DNA from: Candidatus Aenigmatarchaeota archaeon
GTDB lineage: Archaea > Aenigmatarchaeota > Aenigmatarchaeia > QMZP01 > JAFGSV01
DNA length: 64,000 nt
Direction: 5' to 3'
NCBI GenBank assembly: GCA_016931255.1
Contig: JAFGFG010000005.1
Span: 7,053 to 71,052 of the forward strand
The notes beneath the pieces were generated by a model that saw only the letters and a program-made list of their open reading frames with translations, did not search any database and was not told the origin of the DNA. Position 1 is the first letter of the stretch. Each line of letters starts with the position of its first letter. Below, one piece after another: positions 1 through 9,111 of this stretch. The position numbers and the translations under genes are program-made.

Positions 1-64
1 ACGGAGCTATGCGATTTCCGTAACAGGATGGAAACTTATTATATCATTCCCTTCAAAATAAAGC

Positions 65-1462
65 ATGCGCAGGAAATACAGCCACAGGCCGGGAGCTAGC
101 ATGTTCATGAGTAAGAGGTTCGGCTCGCATGTTCTCAGGAGGATACCCCTGAAGAGGTCGCTCAGCGGCTACGAGATGGAGTTTTGCCTGATAGACGGCA
201 ATGGTGATGTCAGCAACCGCTCGGACGAGATACTGGCTGCATGCAGGAAGATGCTCAAGAATTTCCCGATAAAGAAGGAGGTTGCCCGTAACATGGTGGA
301 AGTGACTTCCCTTCCCCACAGCCGCATAAAGAAGACAGGACTCGGCCTCATGAAGAGTATAGGCACGCTTTCGGATGTCTGCGAAAAGCAAGGTCTGATG
401 ATAATGCCCCTGGGAACTTATCCCGGTACGTTCAGGGAGGACATGAGGGAGAGCGTGAGGTATGCATACTCGGCGGCGGTTCTGGGCAGGAGCAAGTACG
501 AGAAGTACTACCCCCGGTGCTTCGGGTTCCATTACCACTACACCCTTCCAAGAGGCGTCTTCGACAGGCGCGCCATGTTTCCGAAGAAGCCTTCATTCTC
601 GCGCATAAAGAACACGATGATAGACAGCTACAACCTCCTCATAGCCGCGGACCCCGCTCTGACGACGTTCACTCAGTCATCCCCCTTCAGCGGCGGTAAG
701 TACTATGCCCGTGACACGAGGATGCTGTTCTGGAGGGGAGGGAAGAAGCTGAAGTTCAACGGCGCATTCAACAACTTCCAGATGCTCGGCGGCCTGCCTC
801 CGTACAAGCAGACACTCTCGGACCTCATATCCACTCTCAGAAGGAAGGACGCCAAGTTCCGGGCGCTGCTGGAGAAGTCCGGGGCCCCTCAGTCCTTCAT
901 ACGAAACAAGAAGACGCTGGACTTCATCTGGAATCCCGTCAAGATGAACAAGATAGGTACAATAGAGCAGCGCGGCATGGACATGAACCACCCGGAGATA
1001 TGCATAGCCGTGAGCGTCATGTTGAAGTTCATGCTGAGGGCGGTACAGCAGGACTTTTATCACGTGATACCGACCGACCTTGGCGTGGACGAGCCCTTCA
1101 AGCTCGAGGGAAACGTCATACTCATCCCCCCGCAGAGCCATGTCAGGAAGAGGCTCCAGTACCTTTCGGCCTACGAAGGACTGTCAAACAGGGAAATGAG
1201 GAGTTACTGCTCAAGGTTCTATCGGACAGCCAGGCGTCTCGTCTACGAGGAGTACGTCCCGCTGCTCAGGCCTGTGAAGTCCATGCTGGATGACGGCATG
1301 ACGGTTTCCGACAAGATAGTGAAGTACGCCAGGAAGCGAGGATTCTCCGGCAGCTCCCATCTGCCTTCTGAGGTCTCCAGAGAGATAGCACTCTCCCACT
1401 CAATGCGCATGAATAAGAGGCTGGACCGCCTTAAGTCCATGCTTGAGGAGAGCCTGATATGA
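65..1462 (+). CDS. carboxylate-amine ligase, glutamate-cysteine ligase family 2 (GCS2/YbdK-like)
   Basis: 465-aa ORF (a start at 107, MFMSKRFG, is also possible). Segments EMEFCLID and GFHYHY resemble GCS2 metal/substrate motifs. Family assignment is from memory, not a search. Confidence 0.5.
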   Translation: MRRKYSHRPGASMFMSKRFGSHVLRRIPLKRSLSGYEMEFCLIDGNGDVSNRSDEILAACRKMLKNFPIKKEVARNMVEVTSLPHSRIKKTGLGLMKSIGTLSDVCEKQGLMIMPLGTYPGTFREDMRESVRYAYSAAVLGRSKYEKYYPRCFGFHYHYTLPRGVFDRRAMFPKKPSFSRIKNTMIDSYNLLIAADPALTTFTQSSPFSGGKYYARDTRMLFWRGGKKLKFNGAFNNFQMLGGLPPYKQTLSDLISTLRRKDAKFRALLEKSGAPQSFIRNKKTLDFIWNPVKMNKIGTIEQRGMDMNHPEICIAVSVMLKFMLRAVQQDFYHVIPTDLGVDEPFKLEGNVILIPPQSHVRKRLQYLSAYEGLSNREMRSYCSRFYRTARRLVYEEYVPLLRPVKSMLDDGMTVSDKIVKYARKRGFSGSSHLPSEVSREIALSHSMRMNKRLDRLKSMLEESLI

Positions 1463-1662
1463 AAATGCTCAGGGTGGGTGGGGTCACAGGGCTCGACATA
1501 CACGGGGTTGACATAATAAAGGGGGATGACGGAAATACTACGTTGTCGACGTCAACACGTTCCGGGGGCTGTATCCGGGCATACTCGGAAAGGCCGAGTG
1601 CGATTTGTACGATTCCATTCTTGAGCTCGTCAGGTCATCCGCGGCGAAAGGGCGATAAATTA

Positions 1663-1722
1663 AATGCCGCATACAACTGCCTCGACAGGCACATAGATGG
1701 AGACAAGGGAGACAGAACGTAA
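1663..1722 (+). pseudogene. orphan fragment duplicating an N-terminal segment of acetyl-CoA synthetase
   Basis: KLNAAYNCLDRHIDGDKGDRT at the 3' end of ORF 1459..1722 matches Acs residues KINAAYNCLDRHVEGGKGDKV encoded ~900 bp downstream. A 21-nt identical stretch (tacaactgcctcgacaggcac) recurs at ~2596. The rest of that ORF is not Acs-like. Confidence 0.45.
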
Positions 1723-1746
1723 GAAGTAACGATAAGTATCATTTTA

Positions 1747-2212
1747 TCAATACATTGAATCAGTTAATCTCTGCAATTCAAGCCAATCTTGCTGAGTTGT
1801 TTTACTTCCTGAATCAAAAGATGAATTATCACGTCGGTTGTTCATTTCAAATTCTCTTTCGGCACTGATTCTATATCCGTTTTGAGACGTTCTGTATTGT
1901 GAGCCCAGTGGAACATTAAACATGCGAGACATGTAAGACATTTCAGCAGATGATAAACTCGTCTGCGTGCCGTTCCAGTGGTTTATAATTCCTCTGAAGC
2001 CACGGCTTTTTCACCCGTTTGTGACCAACAATTCTTGCTTTCCATCTTCCTCCGGTCTTTCTGAGCTTAATTACCGGCTTAATGTCACCGTCGTAAAACA
2101 CATCGTCTCTGATGCCATTTTGGTTATTTCTATAACCCGTGGAATTATAACGTCTCGAATTGTCTGAATAAATTCCGAATTGATGGTTGTAGATTCTCAT
2201 CCCGCTTGACAT
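1747..2212 (-). pseudogene. AP2-like DNA-binding domain gene split by a frameshift (ORFs 1943..2212 and 1747..1941)
   Basis: Two abutting minus-strand ORFs in different frames. The upstream one contains KLRKTGGRWKARIVGHKRVKKPW, an AP2/integrase-type DNA-binding pattern typical of mobile-element or HNH-associated proteins. No partner genes. Confidence 0.3.
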
Positions 2213-2346
2213 GAAATTACAATTATATGCAAAATTTTAAATAATGGAAGGCAATACAGTGACAAATGGACGTAAGAAATAAAAGTCCGCGCTCGAATTA
2301 TATAGATTCGTTTACTAAACGATGAATAATATGGGAGTGATGATAT

Positions 2347-4302
2347 ATGACAACTAAATGGATTGTTGAAGATAAGGAAAAAGAGAATGTTTTCTGGCCG
2401 TCTGAAGAGATGAAGAAGGCTGCATGGGTCTCAGACCCGAAGATATACGATGAGGCTTTGAAAGACCAGAAGGCTTTCTGGGCTGAGAAGGCAGGAGCGC
2501 TTCACTGGGAGAAGAAGTGGGACAATGTCTATGAACAGGAACCCGGAAAGCCATGGAATTTCAAGTGGTTCGTTGGCGGAAAGATAAATGCTGCTTACAA
2601 CTGCCTCGACAGGCACGTAGAGGGAGGCAAGGGCGACAAGGTGGCCATGATATGGGTGCCTGAGCCGACAGACGAGAAGCCTGTGAAGATAACATATTCA
2701 GAGCTTAACAAGAAAGTCAACAAGTTTGCCAATGCTCTCAAGAAGCTTGGCATAAAGAAGGGTGACAGGGTCGGTGTGTACCTTCCGATGATACCCGAGC
2801 TCATGATATCGCTTCTTGCAGTTGCGAGAATTGGTGCTGTACACAATGTCGTATTCTCCGCATTCAGCGGGGAATCCGTGAAGGACAGAATGGAAGACGC
2901 AGAGGCGAAGCTTCTCATCACAGCAAACGGATATTACAGGCGCGGCAAGCTCCTTGACCTCAAGAAGAATGCTGACATAGGTGTCGAAGGAACACCTGTC
3001 AAGAACGTTGTCGTTGTCAAGAGGGCAGAGCTTGATGTCAACTGGGTTGACGGCAGAGACCATTGGTTCCATGAGCTTATCGAAAAAGAGAGCGAAAAGT
3101 GTGAAAGCGAATTCGTGGAAGCCAATGACATGCTGTTCATGCTCTACACGAGCGGAACAACAGGAAAGCCCAAGGGCATTGTTCATGACACCGCAGGATA
3201 CCTCACGCAGGCCTACTGGACAACCAAGTGGAACTTCAATGCCAAGGATGACGATGTCTTCTGGTGCACAGCTGATGTCGGCTGGATAACCGGACACACA
3301 TACGGATGCTATGGACCGTTCTCAAACGGCATCACACAGATTGTTTTCGAGGGCGCTCCCGACTATCCGGACATCGGACGATGGTGGAAGACGATTCAGG
3401 ACCACAAGGTCAGCGTGTTCTACACAGCACCGACAGCAATCAGGATGTTCATAAAGGCCGGCGATGCATGGCCTAAAAAGTACAACCTAGAGAGCCTCAA
3501 GATACTCGGTTCAGTAGGTGAGCCGATAGACGAGGAGGCATGGCTATGGTACTTCAGGACCATCGGAGGGGGAAGATGCCCGATAATAGACACATGGTGG
3601 CAGACCGAGACCGGCGCAAATGTTGTCAACACGCTTCCGGGTATCGGACCTTTCATACCGACTGTGGCAGGACGGCCGTTCCCGGGAATAGACATGAAAC
3701 TCGTTGACGAGGAAGGGAATGACGCAGAGATGTCAGGATACCTCGTTGAGAAGCCTCCTTTCGCACCAGGCATGCTCAGGGGCATCTACAAGAACGAGCA
3801 GAAGTACATAGACACATACTGGTCAAGGTTCAAGAACCTTTACGATACAAGCGACGGAGCAAAGCTCAGGGAAGACGGACTCATCAGGATAACAGGAAGG
3901 GTTGATGATGTCATGAAGGTCGCGGGACACAGGCTTTCCACAGGAGAGCTCGAGAATGCCATAAACGAGCACGAGCTCGTCAGGGAATCAGCAGTCGTCC
4001 CGAGGCCGGACAAGATAAAGGGCGAGGTGCCCATAGTCTTTGCTCTTCTCATAGACCCGTCCAAGGCTACTGAAGAGACAAAGGCCGAGATTGTCAGGCA
4101 CGTCGACAAGATGATAGGGCCGACCGCAAGGCCGGCTGCAATCTACTTCGTGGATGACGTGCCAAAGACACGTTCAGGAAAGATAATGAGAAGAATTCTC
4201 AGGGGGCTTGTCACGAACGACACGAACCTCGGAAATGTCACAACACTCATGAATCCCGAATGCGTCGAGCATCTCAAGGAAGTCGTTGGATACGGGGGCT
4301 AA
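2347..4302 (+). CDS. acs: acetyl-CoA synthetase, AMP-forming
   Basis: 651 aa with the AMP-binding signature YTSGTTGKPKG. It is full-length Acs-like across N-terminal, ANL core and C-terminal lid, including the catalytic-lysine region PKTRSGKIMRR. Confidence 0.93.
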   Translation: MTTKWIVEDKEKENVFWPSEEMKKAAWVSDPKIYDEALKDQKAFWAEKAGALHWEKKWDNVYEQEPGKPWNFKWFVGGKINAAYNCLDRHVEGGKGDKVAMIWVPEPTDEKPVKITYSELNKKVNKFANALKKLGIKKGDRVGVYLPMIPELMISLLAVARIGAVHNVVFSAFSGESVKDRMEDAEAKLLITANGYYRRGKLLDLKKNADIGVEGTPVKNVVVVKRAELDVNWVDGRDHWFHELIEKESEKCESEFVEANDMLFMLYTSGTTGKPKGIVHDTAGYLTQAYWTTKWNFNAKDDDVFWCTADVGWITGHTYGCYGPFSNGITQIVFEGAPDYPDIGRWWKTIQDHKVSVFYTAPTAIRMFIKAGDAWPKKYNLESLKILGSVGEPIDEEAWLWYFRTIGGGRCPIIDTWWQTETGANVVNTLPGIGPFIPTVAGRPFPGIDMKLVDEEGNDAEMSGYLVEKPPFAPGMLRGIYKNEQKYIDTYWSRFKNLYDTSDGAKLREDGLIRITGRVDDVMKVAGHRLSTGELENAINEHELVRESAVVPRPDKIKGEVPIVFALLIDPSKATEETKAEIVRHVDKMIGPTARPAAIYFVDDVPKTRSGKIMRRILRGLVTNDTNLGNVTTLMNPECVEHLKEVVGYGG

Positions 4303-4332
4303 AACCCCTCGGACTCTTCATTTTTGCAGCGT

Positions 4333-5019
4333 TCACTTCCCGAACTTTCTCTGCTGCTCTTTATACCATTCCAGAATGTTCTCGAAATCCTTTTTTGTGA
4401 ATTCAGGCCACATCTTCTCTGAGAAATATATTTCAGCATAACTGGACTGATAGAGCATGAAATTGCTCAGCCTGTGCTGGTTTCCGGTCCTTATGATGAG
4501 GTCAAGAGGCCTCTTGACGTAGAGCGCCCTGTCAAGCTTGCTGGCAGGCTTTCTGAGCGTTTCCTTGAGAGCCTGGTTCATCTCGAGCTTTGAGCCGTAT
4601 GCGAGCATTATGTTCAGCACAATGCGCGAATAGCTCTTGGTCGAGTCGTAAAGCTCCTTGACAATCTGCTTTATGTTGGGCTTCCATGTACCCCTCTCGC
4701 CAACGACCCTCACCTTCATCCTCTTGTTGACAACCCTCGGGTCCTTGAGAAGCTTCTTCAGCTCAGCGCCGTACACCTCCCAGAGGGCGTCCACTTCCTC
4801 CTTGGGCCTTTTCAGGTTCTCAGTTGAAAGCGCGAAAATGGAGACCATCTCTATCTCAGGATGCTCGTCGCACCATTCGATGAATTCTTCAATTCTCTTG
4901 GCGCCTTCCACATGCCCCTGTATGGGATTGAGTTTCCTGTCAAGTGCATATCTCCTGTTGCCGTCAGGAATGAGTCCTATATGGATGCCTTTTGCGACCT
5001 TCTTACTCATCGTAATCAC
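4333..5019 (-). CDS. uppS: cis-prenyltransferase (undecaprenyl/dolichyl diphosphate synthase, UppS family)
   Basis: IPDGNRRYA near the N-terminus plus RTGNQHRLSNFMLYQSSYAEIYF match the UPP synthase family. Size is 228 aa. Confidence 0.85.
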   Translation of the reverse strand: MITMSKKVAKGIHIGLIPDGNRRYALDRKLNPIQGHVEGAKRIEEFIEWCDEHPEIEMVSIFALSTENLKRPKEEVDALWEVYGAELKKLLKDPRVVNKRMKVRVVGERGTWKPNIKQIVKELYDSTKSYSRIVLNIMLAYGSKLEMNQALKETLRKPASKLDRALYVKRPLDLIIRTGNQHRLSNFMLYQSSYAEIYFSEKMWPEFTKKDFENILEWYKEQQRKFGK

Positions 5020-5833
5020 CAGGCTTTCCTGAGAGCCTCTCCAGCTTGGCTATCCTTCTCTTTATCGGAGGATGCGTTGAGAAAAGTCCTGTGAACCAGT
5101 CTTCGTGGAATGGGTTCGCTATCCACATATGTGATGTTGCAGACGGTCCCTTCATTGGCCTGTCGTGACTGTATTCACTTATCTTTCTCAGTGCCGAAGC
5201 AAGTGCGCCGGGATTCTTGGTGAGCATAACAGCTCCATGGTCTGCTGCATATTCCCTTCTTCTGGAAATAGCGAGCTTGACTATTGAAGCTGCAAGCGGT
5301 GCGAATATAACTATCAGAATGAGCCCGAAAAGGCTTGAATTGTCCCTGTTGTCCCCGAACATGCTCCAGTACCCTATCATCGCGATATAGGATATTGCGC
5401 CGGCTATTGTGGCTGCTACGGTCTGTATGAGTGTGTCACGGTTCTTTATATGAGTAAGTTCGTGCGCAAGCACACCCTCTATCTCCTTTTTTGAAAGGTG
5501 GGTGAGCCCGCGCGTCAGGGCGACAGCGCCGTGCTCAGGATTACGCCCTGTGGCGAATGCATTGGGGACATCACTTGAAAGCATGTAGACATCAGGCTTC
5601 GGTATCTGGGCCTCCTTTGCCAGCTCCTTCACCATCTCGTTAAGTCCTTCGTCGTCTGTGAGCTGGGCGCCGTATAATCTGAGGACTATCCTGTCCGAGT
5701 ACCAGTATGAAACGAAATTCAGCATGAAAGCCATAATCAGCGCGAATGTCATCCCTGCTATGCCTCCCATGAGGAGACCGACACCCAGCAGTATGGCAGA
5801 AAGCGCTGCAAGAAGAATTGCTGTCCTGAACAT
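5003..5833 (-). CDS. htpX: zinc metalloprotease HtpX (M48)
   Basis: N-terminal TM helices, the HEXXH motif HELTHIKNRD and C-terminal TM segments give an HtpX-type architecture. Confidence 0.85.
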   Translation of the reverse strand: MFRTAILLAALSAILLGVGLLMGGIAGMTFALIMAFMLNFVSYWYSDRIVLRLYGAQLTDDEGLNEMVKELAKEAQIPKPDVYMLSSDVPNAFATGRNPEHGAVALTRGLTHLSKKEIEGVLAHELTHIKNRDTLIQTVAATIAGAISYIAMIGYWSMFGDNRDNSSLFGLILIVIFAPLAASIVKLAISRRREYAADHGAVMLTKNPGALASALRKISEYSHDRPMKGPSATSHMWIANPFHEDWFTGLFSTHPPIKRRIAKLERLSGKPGDYDE

Positions 5834-5861
5834 AATTAATAATGAAAAGAATGCTTTTAAT

Positions 5862-6836
5862 TTATTGTGCGGCTATCCTGATGAGAAGCCTTCGGGCAAT
5901 CTCTTTCGTTTCCTTCCCGGATTTTATGACGCATACGCCCTTCCCGAACAATCCGTAAACTATGGAGTAACCCTCATCTGTAAGGAGCATGGCAGCGAGG
6001 ACGGCCATATCTTCCTCCCCGTCTACCTGAATTTTAACAGGCTTTTCTGAATTCAGTGCTTCCTGCGTCCGCATCCACATATCGTTTGTTAAGTATCCTG
6101 TCTCATTGACGCATTTCAGTACCTTTCCCATGACCTTTATGTCCCTTCCCGAAGGCTTCCTGTTTATCTTTCCGTCTATTATCGTGATAACGGGCTTTGA
6201 CTCCGAAATGCTGAGGTCGTAGCTGACCTGGTCGCCCACTGATATTATCATGGTATCTTTCATGAAATCCGATGTCTTCCCAATACTGCTGAACAGCTTC
6301 CCGTAAGGCTTCCTGAGATCGTCCCTCATGCTTTCCGGTATTCTTAGCTTTCCTGTGAGGAAGAGCCCGTCCTTCTCCATGAGAGTCGCTGCCTCTTTCG
6401 CGGATTCTTCCGGTGATTTTCCCGTGGTGTCTATCTCCACTGTCCTGCACCCGAGCTCAAGCGACTCTGACTTGCATACTTCCATTATCTCAGCCTCCAC
6501 GTTCTCTTCAGTCTTATCATTATCCCATCCTCTTTCAGCAGCCCTTTTCCTCATCTCAGCGGGATTGGTCCTGAGCACGATGACAAGGTCTGAAGGCACA
6601 ACATGCGCATAATGGGATTCTATAATCATGTTGCTTCCGGAACTCTTCATCACGTCTTCTGCGAGCAAATCGCTATCAACTATTTTACAGCCCCTCTTTT
6701 TGTCATATCCGGCGTATCGCTTCTTTTCCTCTGCAAGCGTGTTCAGTGGCACAAGCTTCCATCCTGTTATTTTTGCAAGCCTTTCAGCCACAGCGCTTTT
6801 CCCTGTTGTCGGGGTTCCTGTCAATGCCACTATCAT
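5862..6836 (-). CDS. fusion of adenylate kinase-like P-loop kinase (AK6/Fap7-like) and a DUF359-like domain (archaeal GTP-dependent dephospho-CoA kinase family)
   Basis: N-terminus IVALTGTPTTGKSAVAERL is a Walker A in an AK6-like ~150-aa module. The C-terminal ~160 aa (ISVGDQV ... DGEEDMAVL ... YGLFGKGV) resemble DUF359. Confidence 0.5.
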   Translation of the reverse strand: MIVALTGTPTTGKSAVAERLAKITGWKLVPLNTLAEEKKRYAGYDKKRGCKIVDSDLLAEDVMKSSGSNMIIESHYAHVVPSDLVIVLRTNPAEMRKRAAERGWDNDKTEENVEAEIMEVCKSESLELGCRTVEIDTTGKSPEESAKEAATLMEKDGLFLTGKLRIPESMRDDLRKPYGKLFSSIGKTSDFMKDTMIISVGDQVSYDLSISESKPVITIIDGKINRKPSGRDIKVMGKVLKCVNETGYLTNDMWMRTQEALNSEKPVKIQVDGEEDMAVLAAMLLTDEGYSIVYGLFGKGVCVIKSGKETKEIARRLLIRIAAQ

Positions 6837-6939
6837 ATAGAAAATATCAAGCAGTATGTATAAAGGCTTTTAGGCTTTTGTAAGACAGAAGACGTGCGAT
6901 GCTATCGAAAGCATTAAAATACATCAGGGAATAATTTTC

Positions 6940-7848
6940 ATGGCTCATGAAAGCATTGCGGCGGAGATAGCGAAGCTGAAGAAGAAGCATAATGCAGTTA
7001 TACTCGCGCACAACTACCAGCTTCCGGAGGTCCAGGACATAGCTGATTACACAGGCGATTCCCTCGGGCTTGCGATGAAAGCAGCAGAAACGGATGCTGA
7101 TGTAATAGTATTCTGCGGGGTAATGTTCATGGCGGAGACAGCGAAGATACTCTCTCCGGAAAAAAAAGTAATAATACCGGAACCGGATGCATTATGTCCC
7201 CTTGCAGCGATGATAACACCTGAGACTGTAAGGAAGCTGAAGAAGGACAATCCCGGCGTGCCTGTCATAGCTTATGTCAACACAACTGCTGCTGTAAAAG
7301 CTGAATCAGACTACTGCTGCACATCCAGCAACCTCCTGAAGGTAGCTGACCACGTGAAAACCAGGAAGATTATATTCATACCTGACAGGCACATGGCTGC
7401 ATACCTCCAGATAGAATCCGGAAAGACCGTAATCACAGGCAACGGCTACTGCTCTACGCACGCGAAGATACTTCCGGAGCACATCATGAAGCAGAAGAAG
7501 AAGCATCCGAAAGCAATGGTTCTCACTCATCCTGAATGCGTGTATGAAGTGCTTGAGCTGGCTGACATCATAACAAGCACAGGAGGCATGCAGAAGTATG
7601 CAAAAAGCCTTGATGCCAGGGAGTTCATAGTCGCAACAGAGAACGGGCTTCTCTACGGGCTGAGAAAGGACAATCCGGGAAAGAAGTTCTATCCCGCAAG
7701 CGAATCTGCATTATGCCCCAACATGAAGAAGACTGACATGGGAAAGGTTCTTGAGTCGCTGAAGACGCTGAAGCACGAGGTCACGCTGCCTGATGACATA
7801 ATCAGGAAGGCAAAGCTTCCCATAAAAAGGATGCTGGAAATATCTTAA
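6940..7848 (+). CDS. nadA: quinolinate synthase A
   Basis: ILAHNYQ, VMFMAETAKIL and three Cys-containing segments match the NadA family. Size is 302 aa. Confidence 0.9.
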   Translation: MAHESIAAEIAKLKKKHNAVILAHNYQLPEVQDIADYTGDSLGLAMKAAETDADVIVFCGVMFMAETAKILSPEKKVIIPEPDALCPLAAMITPETVRKLKKDNPGVPVIAYVNTTAAVKAESDYCCTSSNLLKVADHVKTRKIIFIPDRHMAAYLQIESGKTVITGNGYCSTHAKILPEHIMKQKKKHPKAMVLTHPECVYEVLELADIITSTGGMQKYAKSLDAREFIVATENGLLYGLRKDNPGKKFYPASESALCPNMKKTDMGKVLESLKTLKHEVTLPDDIIRKAKLPIKRMLEIS

Positions 7849-7991
7849 GAGTAGTTGCTCCAGCAGAAGAGATGGTACTGGCATCCCTCGTTTTCGAGTT
7901 CGCAGCATTTCTTGCACATCATCCCTTTCTTCTCTACGCATTTGGCTTTCACTCTGAGCCTTCTGCCGCAGGAAATGCATTTTTCAAGCAT
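7845..7991 (-). CDS. small zinc-ribbon protein (48 aa), not in ORF track
   Basis: Hand translation of the minus strand gives MLEKCISCGRRLRVKAKCVEKKGMMCKKCCELENEGCQYHLFCWSNYS. CxxC and CxxCC pairs are present. It sits in the nadA-pfkB gap and overlaps the nadA stop by 4 nt. Confidence 0.3.
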   Translation of the reverse strand: MLEKCISCGRRLRVKAKCVEKKGMMCKKCCELENEGCQYHLFCWSNYS

Positions 7992-8118
7992 TAACTCTCT
8001 TAGCTAAAATCCCTTTTAAAGGGTTTCTGATATACCTGAAAATGCTGGTGAAACCCATAATTGGGTAGAATGAAAAAAACAAGAAAAATTTTAAAGCACG
8101 GAACACGGAATAAGTCTT

Positions 8119-9111
8119 ATGGCATTCGATGTGTTTGGTTTCGGTAATACGCTCGTTGACATAGTGATGAAGGTTGATGACAGCCATGTCATGGAGCTTG
8201 ACCTGAGAAAAGGGACATTTCATCTTGTCGGCGAGGATAAGATTAGGGGCGTCCTTGAGAAATTTCAAAACCACAGAAAGACCACTGTGCCCGCAGGGTC
8301 TGCAGCCAATACGGTTTTTGCGCTGTCTTCTCTTGGAGCGGATACTGTACTCTGCGGTAAGATAGGCAACGACCCCCACGGGGACCTCTACGAGGAGATA
8401 GTAATCAGGGACCGCATAACCTCAAGGATAAAGCGGACATCCGATGGCATGACAGGTACTGTGATAAACCTTGTGACGCCTGACGGCGAAAGGACGTTCG
8501 TGGTCAATCTCGGCGCTGCTGTCACCCTGAGGAAAGAGGACCTTTCCGATGTCGAGGAAGACCTTTCCAATTCAAAGATTTTCCATACAGAGGGATATGT
8601 CCTTGCGCATGATGTTCTCAGGGAATCCGCCATGCATCTGCTTGAGACCGCCAAAAAAAGCGGTGTCAAAATCTCAATAGACCTTTCCGATTCAATGCTC
8701 ATCAAGAACAACCTTGAATTCCTCACGGATGTTGTCACGAAATACGCTGACATAGCTTTTTTCAACGAGGAAGAGGCTAAGGCGTTCACAGGGCTTGAGC
8801 CCGAAGAGGCAGTTGATAAGATATCAGGAATGTGTGAGATAGCGATTGTAAAGCTTGGTTCTGAAGGCTCGCTCATAAGGCCCAGGAACGGAAAACTCAT
8901 ACGCATTGGCACGAAGAAGGTGGAGCCGGTGGACACAACAGGAGCAGGAGACTTCTATGCAGCCGGGTTCCTTTACGGGCTTTCCAGAGGGAAGGACCTA
9001 AGGACATGCGGAAACATAGGCTCGATAATAGCAGGGAATGTTGTCCGGCAGATAGGCGCAAGACCGCCCGGTAACATGAGAGAGCTTCCGGAACTCAAAG
9101 GATTACTCTGA
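8119..9111 (+). CDS. PfkB-family carbohydrate/nucleoside kinase (ribokinase/adenosine kinase-like)
   Basis: Gly-rich N-terminal motif FGFGNTLVD and C-terminal DTTGAGDFYAAGF anion-hole motif are typical of PfkB. Confidence 0.85.
   Translation: MAFDVFGFGNTLVDIVMKVDDSHVMELDLRKGTFHLVGEDKIRGVLEKFQNHRKTTVPAGSAANTVFALSSLGADTVLCGKIGNDPHGDLYEEIVIRDRITSRIKRTSDGMTGTVINLVTPDGERTFVVNLGAAVTLRKEDLSDVEEDLSNSKIFHTEGYVLAHDVLRESAMHLLETAKKSGVKISIDLSDSMLIKNNLEFLTDVVTKYADIAFFNEEEAKAFTGLEPEEAVDKISGMCEIAIVKLGSEGSLIRPRNGKLIRIGTKKVEPVDTTGAGDFYAAGFLYGLSRGKDLRTCGNIGSIIAGNVVRQIGARPPGNMRELPELKGLL

Noticed and set aside
1459-1722. 87-aa plus-strand ORF as an intact gene
   Set aside because: Only the last ~20 codons resemble anything (an Acs fragment). 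It is better explained as a pseudogene fragment than as a functional gene.
2698-3785. Minus-strand ORFs of 199, 121 and 108 aa inside acs
   Set aside because: They are antisense to a confidently identified acetyl-CoA synthetase and have low-complexity composition.
7984-8379. 131-aa minus-strand ORF
   Set aside because: It overlaps the pfkB start and upstream region. The plus-strand PfkB kinase has strong motifs and the minus ORF has none.
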